From positions 173,228,001 to 173,292,000 of the forward strand of contig OZ024742.1 in NCBI GenBank assembly GCA_964016885.1: a DNA stretch of 64,000 nucleotides. Direction: 5' to 3'. Shown piece by piece: positions 14,585 to 26,940 of the stretch. Both the position numbers and the translations under genes were made by a program. This stretch comes from Eledone cirrhosa. Lineage: Eukaryota. Each line of letters opens with the position of its first letter. Position 1 is the first letter of the stretch. Under the pieces are notes generated by a model that saw nothing but the letters and a program-made list of their open reading frames with translations, did not search any database and was not told the DNA's origin.

Positions 14585-16570
14585 AAATGAATAGGAGGGG
14601 GCGGGTTAAGGTGCGGGGCGTTTGGCACTGTAGGGTGAAGACGGTGTGTTGTTCAAACGTGAGGCGGGTGGCGCGTAGGCTACAGACTGTGAGGTGGTGG
14701 GCGGAATCTCAAATGGAGGCAAAGATGCGGGCGATGGGGGAAGTCCCGCCGAGAAGAATATGCCGGAGGTGTTCAGTGAAACGGTCCGCCAGGTGACGTC
14801 CAGTCTGTCCGACGTAGGTTGCTCTGCACTCCGTGCGGCGAAGTCCATACAGCAGGTTGGAGGAGGTGCAGCGGAGCGCGTGCCGGACAGAGAGTGAGTG
14901 GTCATTTGGACCCTGGAAGGTGGTGGTGTTGGTGATGTGAGGGCAGGTGTGGCAGCAAGACCTGAAGCAGGGAAGGGAACTGGGGGGGTGCGTGAGTTGG
15001 GGGGTACGGAGCATCGGACGAGGAGGGTGCGGAGATTTCGCGCGTATTTGAAGGAGGTAAGAGGGTGGGGGTGGGTAGATGGGGGAGGTGGAGGGGCCGA
15101 ACTGTAGGCGTCGGACAAGGCGGATGATGGTGCGGTGGAGGGGTATGGTGGAGTGGTGGTAGTTGATAGGTGATAGGGGAGACGGTGAGTTGGTGTGCGG
15201 TGGCGTGGGGTGAGGGCGGTGCAGGGGAGGACAGCACGGGCGCGATTGTGGGTGGTGTGGACGAGAGTGCGGGTACCCTCTCCGGATGAAATGGCTGACT
15301 AGGAAAAGGGCCTGGAACTCATAGTCAGCATCTCGGCTGCAGAGGCGGCGGCTCCAGAGGAGTTGGGAGTAGCGAATAGAGTGTTTTGTCTGTGGTGGGT
15401 GGGAGAAGGTGATGTCGAGGAAGGAGTGGGAGTCGTTGGGTTTGAAGAAGGCGCAGGACACGAGGGAGCGGTGGGAGGGTTCGATGGCAACGGAAATGTC
15501 TTAGAAGTGGACGTGGGTGGTGGAGATAGAGGTGGTGAAGAGGATGGAGGGTTGGAAGGAGCAGAAGAAGGAGAGAAAGGAGTGTAGCTGTTCTCGGGTG
15601 ACGCTCGTGACTCCGATGCAGTCGTCGATGTAACGACCGTACAGTACCGGCGTGGGACCGGTGTACCGGGAAAAGATGTGGGCCTCAACATGGCTAACGA
15701 AAAGTTTGGCATACTGTGGGTCCATTCTGGGGCCCATGGCTTCCCCGTGACCCGTTGGTAAAACTCCGCCGAGAGCGGAAGAAGTTGAGTGTGAGGACCA
15801 GCTCGGCGAGGCGAACGAGGGTGGGTGGAGTGGATGGGGAGTGGCGAAGGTCGAGGTAGTGCAGGAGGGCACGTAGGCCATCGGCGTGGGAGATGACAGT
15901 ATAGAGGGACTTGATATCTAGGGTGTAGAAGAGGGTGGGTCGGCCGGGTGGAAAAGTATGGGAGTCGAACAAGCGAAGGGCGCGGTTGGTGTCGGAGATG
16001 TGAGGGGGGAGGGTGGTGATGCTAGGGGCGAGGATGGTGTAAAGAAAGTCGGAAATGAGTTCGTTGGGGCAGTTGCAAGCGGAGACGATGGGGTGGCTAG
16101 GGTTGTCGGGTTTGTAGAGTTTGGGGTGGAAGTAGATAGTGGGGGTGTGGGGGTGTGGACGATGAGGTGGGATGGAGGAGGGAGGAGGAGACAAGCTTTG
16201 TTGGATGGTGGAGGAAACTTGTTGTTGGTAGAGGGGTGTGTGGTCGGAGGGTAGAGGGCGATTGAAGAGGGGTTACGGAGCTGTGTAGAGGTCAGCACGC
16301 CACACCACCACAGTGCCTGCCTTGTCCGCCGGTTTGATGACGATGTCATCTCGGCTACGGAGGCCGCGGACCACCGAGAGCGAAGAGACCCCCCCGTGTA
16401 ATGTCATGCTGTTTGGAACGGTGGCGGAAGTCGAAGCGATCTCCTGCGCTACGGCAGGCGTCGACGAACGAGTCCAGGGTGCCAAATTTCCCTGGTGTCG
16501 GAGTCCAAGACGTGGGTCGTCGACTCAGGGCAAGAAAGGGGTCTGGGACGTTCGGAGCCGGTGGGGTTTG
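14585..16570 (-). pseudogene. Neptune-type PLE RT-GIY-YIG polyprotein, multiple frameshifts
   Basis: VIKPADKAG, HPIVS, TLDIKSLYT, AMG, GRYIDD, FLDI, a Cys-rich linker CFRSCCHTC and LLYGL..TYVGQTGR..RFTEH, spread over several ORF-track frames. Confidence 0.92.
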
Positions 16571-16618
<48 letters not shown>

Positions 16619-16699
16619 AACGAGTAGGACCCCGACGGCTGAGCTCAAGCCGTTTAGACGGCTAATTCTGGACAAGAATTAGCCGTCGATTTGTACTTT

Positions 16700-17345
16700 A
16701 TTTAAAATAAAGTACCAGTAATGCACTGGTTAATTGGTGGCCTTGTGCCTGAAGTAGAAACAATTATTTCTACTTTATTTTATCGACCCCGTAAGGATGA
16801 AAAGCAAAGATAACCTCGGCGGGATTTGAACTCAGAATGGCAAGGGCCGTAATTCTATGCGCCGAAAGCATAGCGTCTGACCCTCTACCGATCCTGCAAA
16901 TCCACCGCCTATCATGTAATAACTGTTTCTACTGTTGGCACAAGGCTAGCAATTACCCAGTACATTACTGGTACTTTATTTTATCGACCCCGTAATGATG
17001 AAAGGCAGAGTCAACCTCGGCGGGGTAATAATGTAATATACATAGAGACGCATACAAAAATTAGAAGCATCAATATGAATACAATGTGAGCCTTTGTGGT
17101 TAATTAATGAAACCATGCATTGGCAGTATCGGTAGCTGGTCGGACGCCATGTTTGCAGCATAGAGTTACGGCCCTTTATTATCTGAGTTCAAATCTCACC
17201 GATGTTAATTTTGCCTTTCATCCTTACGGGTTCGGTCAAATAAAGCACCAGTCACGTAGAGGGGTCGATTTAATCGACTCTACCCCCACCCCCCACCAAA
17301 TCACTGGCCTTGTGCCTATACTAGAAATCACAATTAGTATTATTA
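16700..17345. mobile_element. cluster of four Nin-domain SINE copies/fragments in both orientations
   Basis: About 16700-16765 (+), 16765-16910 (-), 16915-17025 (-) and 17119-17345 (+) share the GGGGTCGATAAAATAAAGTACCAG core or the 3' end. Confidence 0.8.
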
Positions 17346-17389
17346 TTATTATTAGTAGTAATAATACTGATACTGGCAATTGTTATTAT

Positions 17390-17482
17390 TATTAGTAGTA
17401 GTAGTAATAGTAGTAGTAGAAATAGTAGTAGTAGTAGTAATAGTAGCGGCAGCATCAGCAGCAGTAATAGTACTAGTAGTAA

Positions 17483-17541
<59 letters not shown>

Positions 17542-17545
17542 ATGA
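17390..17545. repeat. (AGT)n microsatellite
   Basis: Direct reading. Confidence 0.95.
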
Positions 17546-17855
17546 CGTAAGATTATGCAAATGCATTACATTATCTATGTTTCCACACGTCTTTGTCTCC
17601 CAAAAATATTGTAATTTTAATTAAGAGCGACATTCACTTATCTATGAAGCAAATCGAATCAACTGCAGTCAAAACGTTAAAAACAAAATAATTAAGGCAG
17701 CGATATATAGAAACAAATAATTCTATCATTACATACATCATTGAAACAAGAGAAAGAGGTTATGAAATAAATAACTATATATATATATATAGAGAGAGAG
17801 AGAGAAAAAGAGATGAAATCGAAAATGCAACTGAAGTCTTATTTTTTTATATATA

Positions 17856-18125
17856 TTGTTATACTTTGGGAGGGTCATGTTGCCAATAAGAAACACACGC
17901 ACCAGTAGCTTTCACTTCAATTTATTATAATAAATTTATAAATTTAGGAATTTATAAATTTATAAATTTCTGGTTGGTTGGTTGGTTCCACAACGAGATA
18001 GTTGTTTATATATTGTCAAAGTTCTTTCGTCACACATTCTGTGACCTCTTCAGTGACTGGGGATTATTTTCTTTGTTTTTGTGCCTCTCCTTTGTTCTGT
18101 CCTACGCCATTTTGTTTCTGTGTGT
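17856..18125 (-). mobile_element. PLE 3' fragment, second subfamily (further copy at 18387-18785)
   Basis: Starts TTGTTATACTTTGGGAGGGTCAT next to (TA)n, like 12261 and 28951, and carries an HHR. Confidence 0.75.
18015..18057 (-). ncRNA. minimal type I hammerhead ribozyme, canonical core
   Basis: GTCA-CTGAAGA-G GTCAC AGAATGT GTGAC-GAAA-GAAC-TT-TGAC. Confidence 0.85.
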
Positions 18126-18331
18126 GTGTTGTGTATATATATATATATAGAGAGAGAGATATAAAGCATCATTGAAACAAGAGAAAGAAGTTATCAAATA
18201 AATAACTATATATAAATATATATATATATAGTTATTCATTTCATAACCTCTTTCTCTTGTTTCAATCATGTGTGTAATGATAGAATAGTTTGTTTCCATA
18301 TATCGCTGCCTTAATTATTTTGTTTTTAACG

Positions 18332-18391
<60 letters not shown>

Positions 18392-18930
18392 ATGCTTTCG
18401 GAGGGTCATGTTGCCAATAAGAAACACACGCACCAGTTGTTTCACTCCAATCTATCATAAATTAAATTTATAAATTTAAGAATTTATAAATTTCCGGTTG
18501 TTTGGTTGGTTCCATAACCTTACGGTTGTTCAGATATTGCCAAAGTTATTTCGTCACACATTACTTGATTTGAGCTCTTCAGTGACCAGAGATTCTTTTC
18601 TTTGTTTTGTGCCCCTCCTTTGTTCTGTCCTACGGCATCTTGTTTCTGTGTGTGTTGTGTGCTTAGTTTGCGCATGTTTTACATCCGGGTGTCTGTGTGT
18701 GTTTTTATTTGTTTATTTATCTGTTTATATACATGTTACTGTTTGGTTGTTTGTTGTATGTGTGTTTGTGTTTTCAGAAACGAAATATATATATATATAA
18801 ATATATATATCAATTGAAACAAAATGAAAACGAAATTGCATTTCTAACTCTTAGTATGGCACTTACTTAAATGTAAGTATGCATGTATACGTACATACAT
18901 ATATGTATACAGACGTACAGTAGCATGCAC

Positions 18931-18963
<33 letters not shown>

Positions 18964-19130
18964 TATATACATATGCATACAGGTACACATACATATATGC
19001 ACGTATCAGTTTAGCGGCGCTTATTATAACGTCGCTTTGTTCGTTTGTAAACAAACTGAACAGCCTGAATTTATGCCATACGGTGTTAAGGCAACCACGT
19101 CACCTTTTTGTTCAACACTGACACAGGAAC

Positions 19131-19169
19131 GATGTACTAGTTTCAAGCTTGTTAGCTATCATCAGCACC
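19131..19169 (-). ncRNA. minimal type I hammerhead ribozyme
   Basis: GGTG-CTGATGA-T AGCT AACA AGCT T-GAAA-CTAG-TA-CATC. Stem III is the palindrome ACTAGT. Confidence 0.9.
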
Positions 19170-19604
19170 GTTTACCCATCTGCCAGATAGTTGAACGTTC
19201 GAAAGTATATACTTCCCTTATGAAAATTAACGGCTGAGCAGCCTAATTTGCATGTTGAGTGAGTTAAATCGGTCAGGCATACCGAAAACGATAAATTGAA
19301 ACAAAATGAAAACGAAATTTCATTTCACACTCTTAGTATGGCACTTACTTAAATGTAAGTATGCATGTATACGTACATACATATATGTATACAGACGTAC
19401 AGTAGCATGCACATATATATATATATATATACATATATATATACATATGCATACAGGTACACATACATATATGCACGTATCAGTTTAGCGGCGCTTATTA
19501 TAACGTCGCTTTGTTCGTTTGTAAGCAAACTGAACAGCCTGAATTTATGCCATACGGTGTTAAGGCAACCACGTCACCTTTTTGTTCAACACTGACACAG
19601 GAAC

Positions 19605-19643
19605 GATGTACTAGTTTCAAGCTTGTTAGCTATCATCAGCACC
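19605..19643 (-). ncRNA. minimal type I hammerhead ribozyme (second unit)
   Basis: Identical to 19131-19169, 474 nt away. Confidence 0.9.
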
Positions 19644-19884
19644 GTTTACCCATCTGCCAGATATTTGAACGTTCGAAAGTATATACTTTCCTTATGAAAA
19701 TTAACGGCTGAGCAGCCTAATTTGCATATTGAGTGAGTTAAATCGGCCAGGCATACCGAAAACGATAAATTGAAACAAAATGAAAACGAAATTTCATTTC
19801 TCACTCTTAGTATGGCACTTACTTAATTGTAAGTATAGCATGTATACGTACATACATATATGTATACAGACGTACAGTAGCATG

Positions 19885-19947
<63 letters not shown>

Positions 19948-20401
19948 GCATACAGGTACACGTACATATATGCACGTATCAGTTTAGCGGCGCTTATTAT
20001 AACGTCGCTAAAGGTGACGTGGTTGCCTTAACACTGTTCAGTTTGTTTACAAACGAGAAAAGCGACGTTATAATAAGCGCCGCTAAACTGATACGTCCAT
20101 ATATGTATGTGTACCTGTATGCATATGTATATATATATGTAAATATATATATATATATGTGCATTCTACTGTACGTCTGTATACATATATGTATGTACGT
20201 ATACATGCATACTTACATTTAAGTAAGTGCCATACTAAGAGTGTGAAATGAAATTTCGTTTTCATTTTGTTTCAATTTATCGTTTTCGGTATGCCTGACC
20301 GATTTAACTCACTCAACATGCAAATTAGGCTGCTCAGCCGTTAATTTTCATAAGGGAAGTATATACTTTCGAACGTTCAACTATCTGGCAGATGGGTAAA
20401 C

Positions 20402-20440
20402 GGTGCTGATGATAGCTAACAAGCTTGAAACTAGTACATC
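20402..20440 (+). ncRNA. minimal type I hammerhead ribozyme (inverted arm)
   Basis: GGTGCTGATGATAGCTAACAAGCTTGAAACTAGTACATC on the plus strand. Confidence 0.9.
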
Positions 20441-20687
20441 GTTCCTGTGTCAGTGTTGAACAAAAAGGTGACGTGGTTGCCTTAACACCGTATGGCATAA
20501 ATTCAGGCTGTTCAGTTTGTTTACAAACGAACAAAGCGACGTTATAATAAACGCCGCTAAACTGATACGTGCATATATGTATGTGTACCTGTATGCATAT
20601 GTATATATTTATGTATATATATATATATATATATATGCATGCTACTGTACGTCTGTATACATATATGTATGTACGTATACATGCATA

Positions 20688-20721
<34 letters not shown>

Positions 20722-20780
20722 TGTGGGTGTGTGTGTGTGTATATGTAAGTATATATATGTATGTATATGTAACTACATAC

Positions 20781-20856
<76 letters not shown>

Positions 20857-21142
20857 GTATGAATAGGTTCTTCTCCATGTATATAACATGATATGCAAAA
20901 ACATTTTATGGATGCAGGAACGGGAATAGTTTGGTTTTATTCATCGGCCGGATTGTTTGATTGGATTCAATTGGATTGTTAACACTAATGGATCTAATCC
21001 ACACAAAAAAAATAAAAATAAAATAAAATAAATTACAAGGTCAAATATCATCAGATCATATAGCAATCATAGTGTAGTTTTAAAATGCATACAGCTGTGT
21101 ATTATGTGGGGAAAGATACATTGGATATGATTTGGATTCCGA

Positions 21143-21335
21143 TAATTGTATCTACGTTAGGCACAAGGCCAGCAATTACCCAGTGCATTACTGGTACTTT
21201 ATGTTATCAACCCCGTAAGGATGAAAGGCAAAGTTAACCTCGGCGGGATTTGAACTCAGAATGGCAAGGGCCGTATCACTATACGTCAAAGCAGGGCGTC
21301 CGACCCTCTCTCAATACTGCCAATCCACCGCCCTT
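21143..21335 (-). mobile_element. full-length Nin-domain tRNA SINE with TSD
   Basis: Complete reverse-complement copy flanked by GATTTGGATTCCGATAA on both sides. Confidence 0.85.
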
Positions 21336-21384
21336 TGGATTTGGATTCCGATAAAGTTAGCCATTATTATATATATACATACAT

Positions 21385-21489
<105 letters not shown>

Positions 21490-21607
21490 AATTGAAAATG
21501 GCGTGCTGTATTGTTGCAGGTGTGATATACAAATTAAAATGGTGAATCATTAGAAATAGGACTATCCATCATTAGTGATCTACTAGCCATCATAGGTATT
21601 TCTTCGC

Positions 21608-21643
<36 letters not shown>

Positions 21644-21650
21644 GTATATG

Positions 21651-22916
21651 TAGGAGGTGAGTTTTATTGTAGTACAATAAAGCAATGCAGATATCGGATA
21701 AGAAGCACTCTACAGTTTGTAGGACTGGAGTATACATAATATATAAGAACAAACGATGGTTAAAAGAGTTCCATGTATTTTATTATGCGCATTTCAAAAA
21801 CAAATATCATCATGCAATAATATTTGTGTTTTCATCTAATTTAGATTCTATAATAAATAGACGCACTGAGTTGTTTTCTATCTGCTTGCATAAATTCCAC
21901 AAAACATTCCACAAAGTATACAGCTAATATCCAAAACTTTATCAATTTAGAATCTTTTTCTCAAAGGCACATATATATATACATCTTTAAAAATATACCC
22001 ATCTTTCAACCTTATTTCAAAGATACTTATTATAAATTATATAATACTTGTTACTCATTCTATATCACTCCTATTTATCACTTCCCTTTCTTCTCTTTTT
22101 CTTTTAATGTCTAACCCCTAATCTGTACCTTTTCTCACTGTTGCCAAACATAGAAACAATTATTACATAATACAATACATTCTTACTCCATATCACCTTG
22201 TAAAAATCCTTCGTAAACATAAACATTTTTTTGACGTTAGATCTTTCATCCTCAATTCATTATTTTTTCTCCCTTTCATCTAACTTATTCATGCTCATCT
22301 CACAATATATCCTTACTTAAATTACTTGTTCTTTTTAATAATACATATTAACTTTTTCTTTCCCTCGCACATATTATTAAACCCTTAAATATTATTCTTA
22401 ATACATATTAACATTTTCTTTTCATCGCACATATTATTAAACCCCTCAATATACAAACCTTAACTTTACATTATTTTCTCTTCGTTAATTTTCAAAATAT
22501 TTTAATTTATACATTATCTTCCAACGGTTTTTCAACCTCTCTATGTAAAATATTATATTTTTCTCAGTTATGAAATCTCTCTCTTTCTCTCTATGACCCA
22601 TCTCTCCTCCTATCTCATCCTTCCTCATTTTACTCCTCCCTCTCCACTTTTTACTCTCATCTCCTCCTCTTTTTCATCCTTTCCAACCTCCCCGCCCCTC
22701 AAAATAAAATATTTGTTTCCCAACATCACACATCGATCTAAAACTACTTTTCATATGTTGATTTAAAACTGCACTATCCACAAGTGTTTTTTAACCTTCA
22801 TATCATGTCTTCCGGTTTTATCTGATGAAAACACAAATATTATTGCATGATGGTATTTGCTTTTGAAATGCGCATAATAAAATACATGGAACTCTTTTAA
22901 ACATCATTTGTTCTTA
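21651..22916. mobile_element. head-to-head truncated Naiad-type PLE (same family as 9493-10176)
   Basis: 21740-21836 is the inverse of 22823-22916. The plus arm begins with the ORF end IINRRTELFSICLH (21837-21927). Confidence 0.8.
22815..22883 (+). ncRNA. type I hammerhead ribozyme, canonical core
   Basis: GTTTTAT-CTGATGA-AAAC ACAAATATTATTG CATGATGGTATTTG CTTTT-GAAA-TGCGCA-TA-ATAAAAT. Confidence 0.85.
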
Positions 22917-22936
22917 TATATATATATATATATAAA

Positions 22937-23978
22937 TGAATATGTATGTGATGAAACACAGATACCAACACATCTGTATATATATTGCGAAAGAAAAATT
23001 TAGCCAGATTGAAGTATACTAATTATTATACTACAGTTTGTCCATATCGATTTAAAATAATAAATCAACGGAGACGAACTGTATTGGCAAAAGGCCGTGA
23101 TGTTTAGACAGATTTAAATTTCAAAATCAAAACTGTTCCGTAGATAAGTTTAGACTTTAAGATCCAAATATGTTTCGAGTTAAATAAGTGTAGGAATATC
23201 ATGTCCCGCGCTCCTCAGTAAACATCCAGAGACAAATTGATATTCTTCACTTCTAAATAATCTAAAAGACTGCGTGGCGCACATGGCTTTACAGTATCTA
23301 ACTAGTCTCATAACCGTACTGCTAGAAATAACAGTCGTGTATATGAGGCGGCTTTGCAGCTCAAACTAGGAGCAGATTAAAATTACTAAGGTAATGAATT
23401 CTTTTACAATGGAATCAGCTCGAATGAGGAAAAATATCCCCTGAGCAGTGTATAAATTCATATGTATGTGATGAAACACAGATACCAACACATCTGTATA
23501 TATACTGCGAAAGAAAAATTTAGCCAGATTGAAGTATACTAATTATTATACTACAGTTTGTCCATATCGATTTAAAATAATAAATCAACGGAGACGAACT
23601 GTATTGGCAAAAGGCCGTGATGTTTAGAGACATTTAAATCTCAAAATCAAACCTGTTCCGTAGATAAGTTTAGACTTTAAGATCCAAATATGTTTCGAGT
23701 TAAATAAGTGTAGGAATATCATGTTCCGCGCTCCTCAGTAAACATCCAGAGACAAATTGATATGCTTCACTTCTAAATAATTTAAAAGACTGCGTGGCGC
23801 ACATGGCTTTACAGTATCTAACTAGTCTCATAACCGTACTGCTAGAAATAACAGTCGTGTATATGAGGCGGCTTTGCAGCTCAAACTAGGAGCAGATTAA
23901 AATTAATAAGGTAATTAATTCTTTTACAATGGAATCAGCTCGAATGAGGAAAAATATCCCCTGAGCAGTGTATAAATT
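22937..23978. repeat. 520-bp direct tandem duplication between (TA)n tracts
   Basis: Near-identical units offset by 520 nt (22941 vs 23461). Confidence 0.92.
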
Positions 23979-23997
23979 AATATATATATATATATAA

Positions 23998-25375
23998 CTT
24001 TGACATAACAATGGGCTCTAACGATTCGGCGGAAATAACTGATATTGTGGGGTTATTTATCGCCTTTAGACTCCAGGAAAAATTCAGCAATCTCCACGGC
24101 GGAATATACCGTGACGATGTTCTCCTCCTAGCTAAAAACCTTAATAGCCAAACACTAGAAAAACTACGCAAAGATATAAGAAAACTACTACTCGAAATAG
24201 GACTAACTATAACATATGAATACAACCTTAAAGTAGTTAACTTCCTGGATGTCACACTCAATTTAAACTCTGCTTTGATTAAACCGTTTCATAAATTGAA
24301 TGAAAATCTCAAATACGTAAATGTTGGGTCTAACCACCCCATCTCTATAATTAAATATATCCCTAAAAATATATCCCTTAGAATCTCGGGTCTATCTTCT
24401 AACATACAAGTATTTAAGGAACACGCCGAGTACTACGATAACGCCCTTAGTAAAGCAGGCCACCTCAACAAAATAGAGTACATAGATGGGAACAATCAAA
24501 ACACCCAAAATAAATCCCACATAGGTAGATATAATAACACAACACCAAACCACACTTACTACCATAGTATGCACACCAGTAAACCAACAAACAAAACTAA
24601 TAGAAAGCGATGCAAAGAGTACTTATGGTATAACCCCGAATACAATAGTTCCATTAGTACAAATTTACCAGTACTCTTCTTTAAAATAATTAAAAGACAT
24701 TTTCCTACATCACACAAATACCACAAAATCCTAAACCCTACCACTATAAGACTGTCATACTCTACAGCGTTAAACCTTGAACAACACATAAAAAAGATCA
24801 ATACTAGAAGGTTAAACGAAAACACTAAAAACTTAAGTACAAAGAACACAAAAAAAACAGTAGACAATACACTACAGAAAATAAATAAACCACACCTAAG
24901 TTCGTCCGCAATACTACTCCAGAGAAAACCCAACGTACACAACTGTAACTGCACCTATCCTGACAACTGCCCCCTCGGCAATAACTGCCTGGAAAAAAAT
25001 ATTATTTATAAGTGTACCATTAAATCCGGAGGCAACGAGTGGTATTACGTGGGATCAACGGCAACATCGTTTAAATCTCGATTGTATAGGCATTCTTACT
25101 CAATAAAACACCAGAGCCAAAGAAATGTAACAACTTTAGCAGAAAAAGCTTGGACGCTCAGGGATAGCGATTAAAAGTTTACCCTAAAATGGGAGAAATT
25201 AGCTAAAACCCAAAGCTTTTCCAGGAGCCAAAATTTCTGCAAATTGTGTAATCTTGAGATTTATTACATAATCACACACAAGAAGAAACTGCTGAATAAC
25301 AGAATTGAACGAACATTATTCTGCCGTCACAGAACTAAAACCCTTTTTTCCCACTACAAGCCGAATATTACATAA
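23998..25375 (+). pseudogene. PLE RT (C-terminal part) + GIY-YIG; one in-frame TAA at 25172
   Basis: FDITMGS, GIYRDD, VNFLDV, SNHP, WYNP, CNC..CPLGNNCL, IIYKC..YYVGST. The frame continues after the stop with CKLC..LNNR..CRH. Confidence 0.92.
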
Positions 25376-25642
25376 AAGAGGGACATCCCCCAACTATATA
25401 AACCTTAATCTAGTTAGAAAAATATAAAAACAATCTCTTCTCAACATATATTAATAACCTTAAATTACCACACTAATAATGGAAAGATATGCTGATGAGA
25501 ATAGGTGCAAATATGCGATAATGAATGTGTCTCAAAACGTCCATAAGTATGTATATATATGCGAAAATGTATATAAATAAGTAAATATATATATATGTTT
25601 GATGTGTATAGTTAGATGTAAGTGTATTCATGTATTAAAGTG

Positions 25643-25708
<66 letters not shown>

Positions 25709-26425
25709 GTGTATATATGTGTATATAGATGTGTATGTATGTGTATGTGTGTACACATGGACTAGAGTATGTATGTATATATGTGTGTGTCTATACGTGT
25801 GTATATAAAGATAAGTTGAGTATGAAAATGTATACACATGAGCGCGTATGTATGTACATGAATACATGTGTGTATATATATGTGTATGCATGTGTATATA
25901 TATGTAAGTATGAATATGTGAATTGTGAGTATATGTATTTTGTAGAGGTGTGCAAATATATTTGTGTGTGAATGCGTGGGTGAAAGGATACGTACACTTG
26001 AAAGAAAAATTTAAGTCTGAATGTTAATTAAGTGCAAACACAAAACCAACCACGCATATCTTTACTATCTCTAATCCTTCTATAGATTTAGAAAAATAAC
26101 CAATAATATATTCTATAAAAAAATGTCAAAACAACAGATGGGAATCTAATTACTCACTGCCACCAAGAATTCTCACTGCTATCGAAAAACCACTCCTTCA
26201 ACTATTCTTCTAACAACTTCACCCCTCCCTCCTAATATTCTCTATAAAAACTAAATAGGTCCTCAGTAATATTATTCTGATGAAATGACAGTAAATATTA
26301 ACATTGAAATATTGAATGTCTGCATAACTAAAAGTTTGTAGATAGCAGCTGTTTTAGGTTATGTAACTGTTATAGAAACACGTGTCAATAAATTCCTTTC
26401 AACTAAACTGTATCCATTCAAATCT

Positions 26426-26428
<3 letters not shown>
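23998..26428 (+). mobile_element. 5'-truncated Naiad-type PLE in (TA)n
   Basis: Begins mid-RT directly after (TA)n and ends after AATAAA at (TA)n. Confidence 0.88.
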
Positions 26429-26478
<50 letters not shown>

Positions 26479-26662
26479 AGGGTGGTGCACCAGCATGGCC
26501 CCAGCCTGATGGCTGGAACAGGTAAAAGAATAAAAGAGAATATATATACACAGAAAGAGAGAGAGTAAGAGAAAGAGAAAAACAGAAAAAGAGAAAGAGA
26601 GATAAATAGACCGATAGATAAATATAAATATAGAGAGAGAGCGAGAGAGAGAGAGAGAGAGA

Positions 26663-26746
<84 letters not shown>

Positions 26747-26940
26747 GAGGGAGAGAGCGAGAGAAAGAAAATAAGAAGTAATTTCAGATGTCAAAGTCCT
26801 TTATTGATAAGGCTCTGATACATATTTCAATGCCAACAGTGGCCACGCGATTTCACCTAACCAGTGCCATAATCTCATCAGACAGCTACTTACACACACA
26901 CACACCCACACAAACACACACATATATATATATATATATA

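Larger units (their letters stand above)
12993..16572 (-). mobile_element. 5'-truncated, decayed Neptune-type PLE in (TA)n
   Basis: RT and GIY-YIG fragments, a long C/A-rich 3' UTR, an HHR and AATAAA near the 3' end. (TA)n at both borders. Confidence 0.9.
18812..20690. mobile_element. 474-nt HHR-bearing tandem repeat (retrozyme-like), with inverted arm
   Basis: About 2.5 direct units at 18812-20009 and about 1.4 inverted units at 20010-20690. One HHR per full unit, no credible ORF, (TA)n at both ends. Confidence 0.9.

Noticed and set aside
19037-20534. Repeated 66-aa [12 protein letters not shown]...
   Set aside because: It has a non-ATG start, is antisense to the HHR and has no recognisable motif; its conservation only reflects unit identity.
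25172-25174. Stop-codon readthrough in the 24011 ORF
   Set aside because: It is a TAA in a 5'-truncated copy; ordinary nonsense decay.
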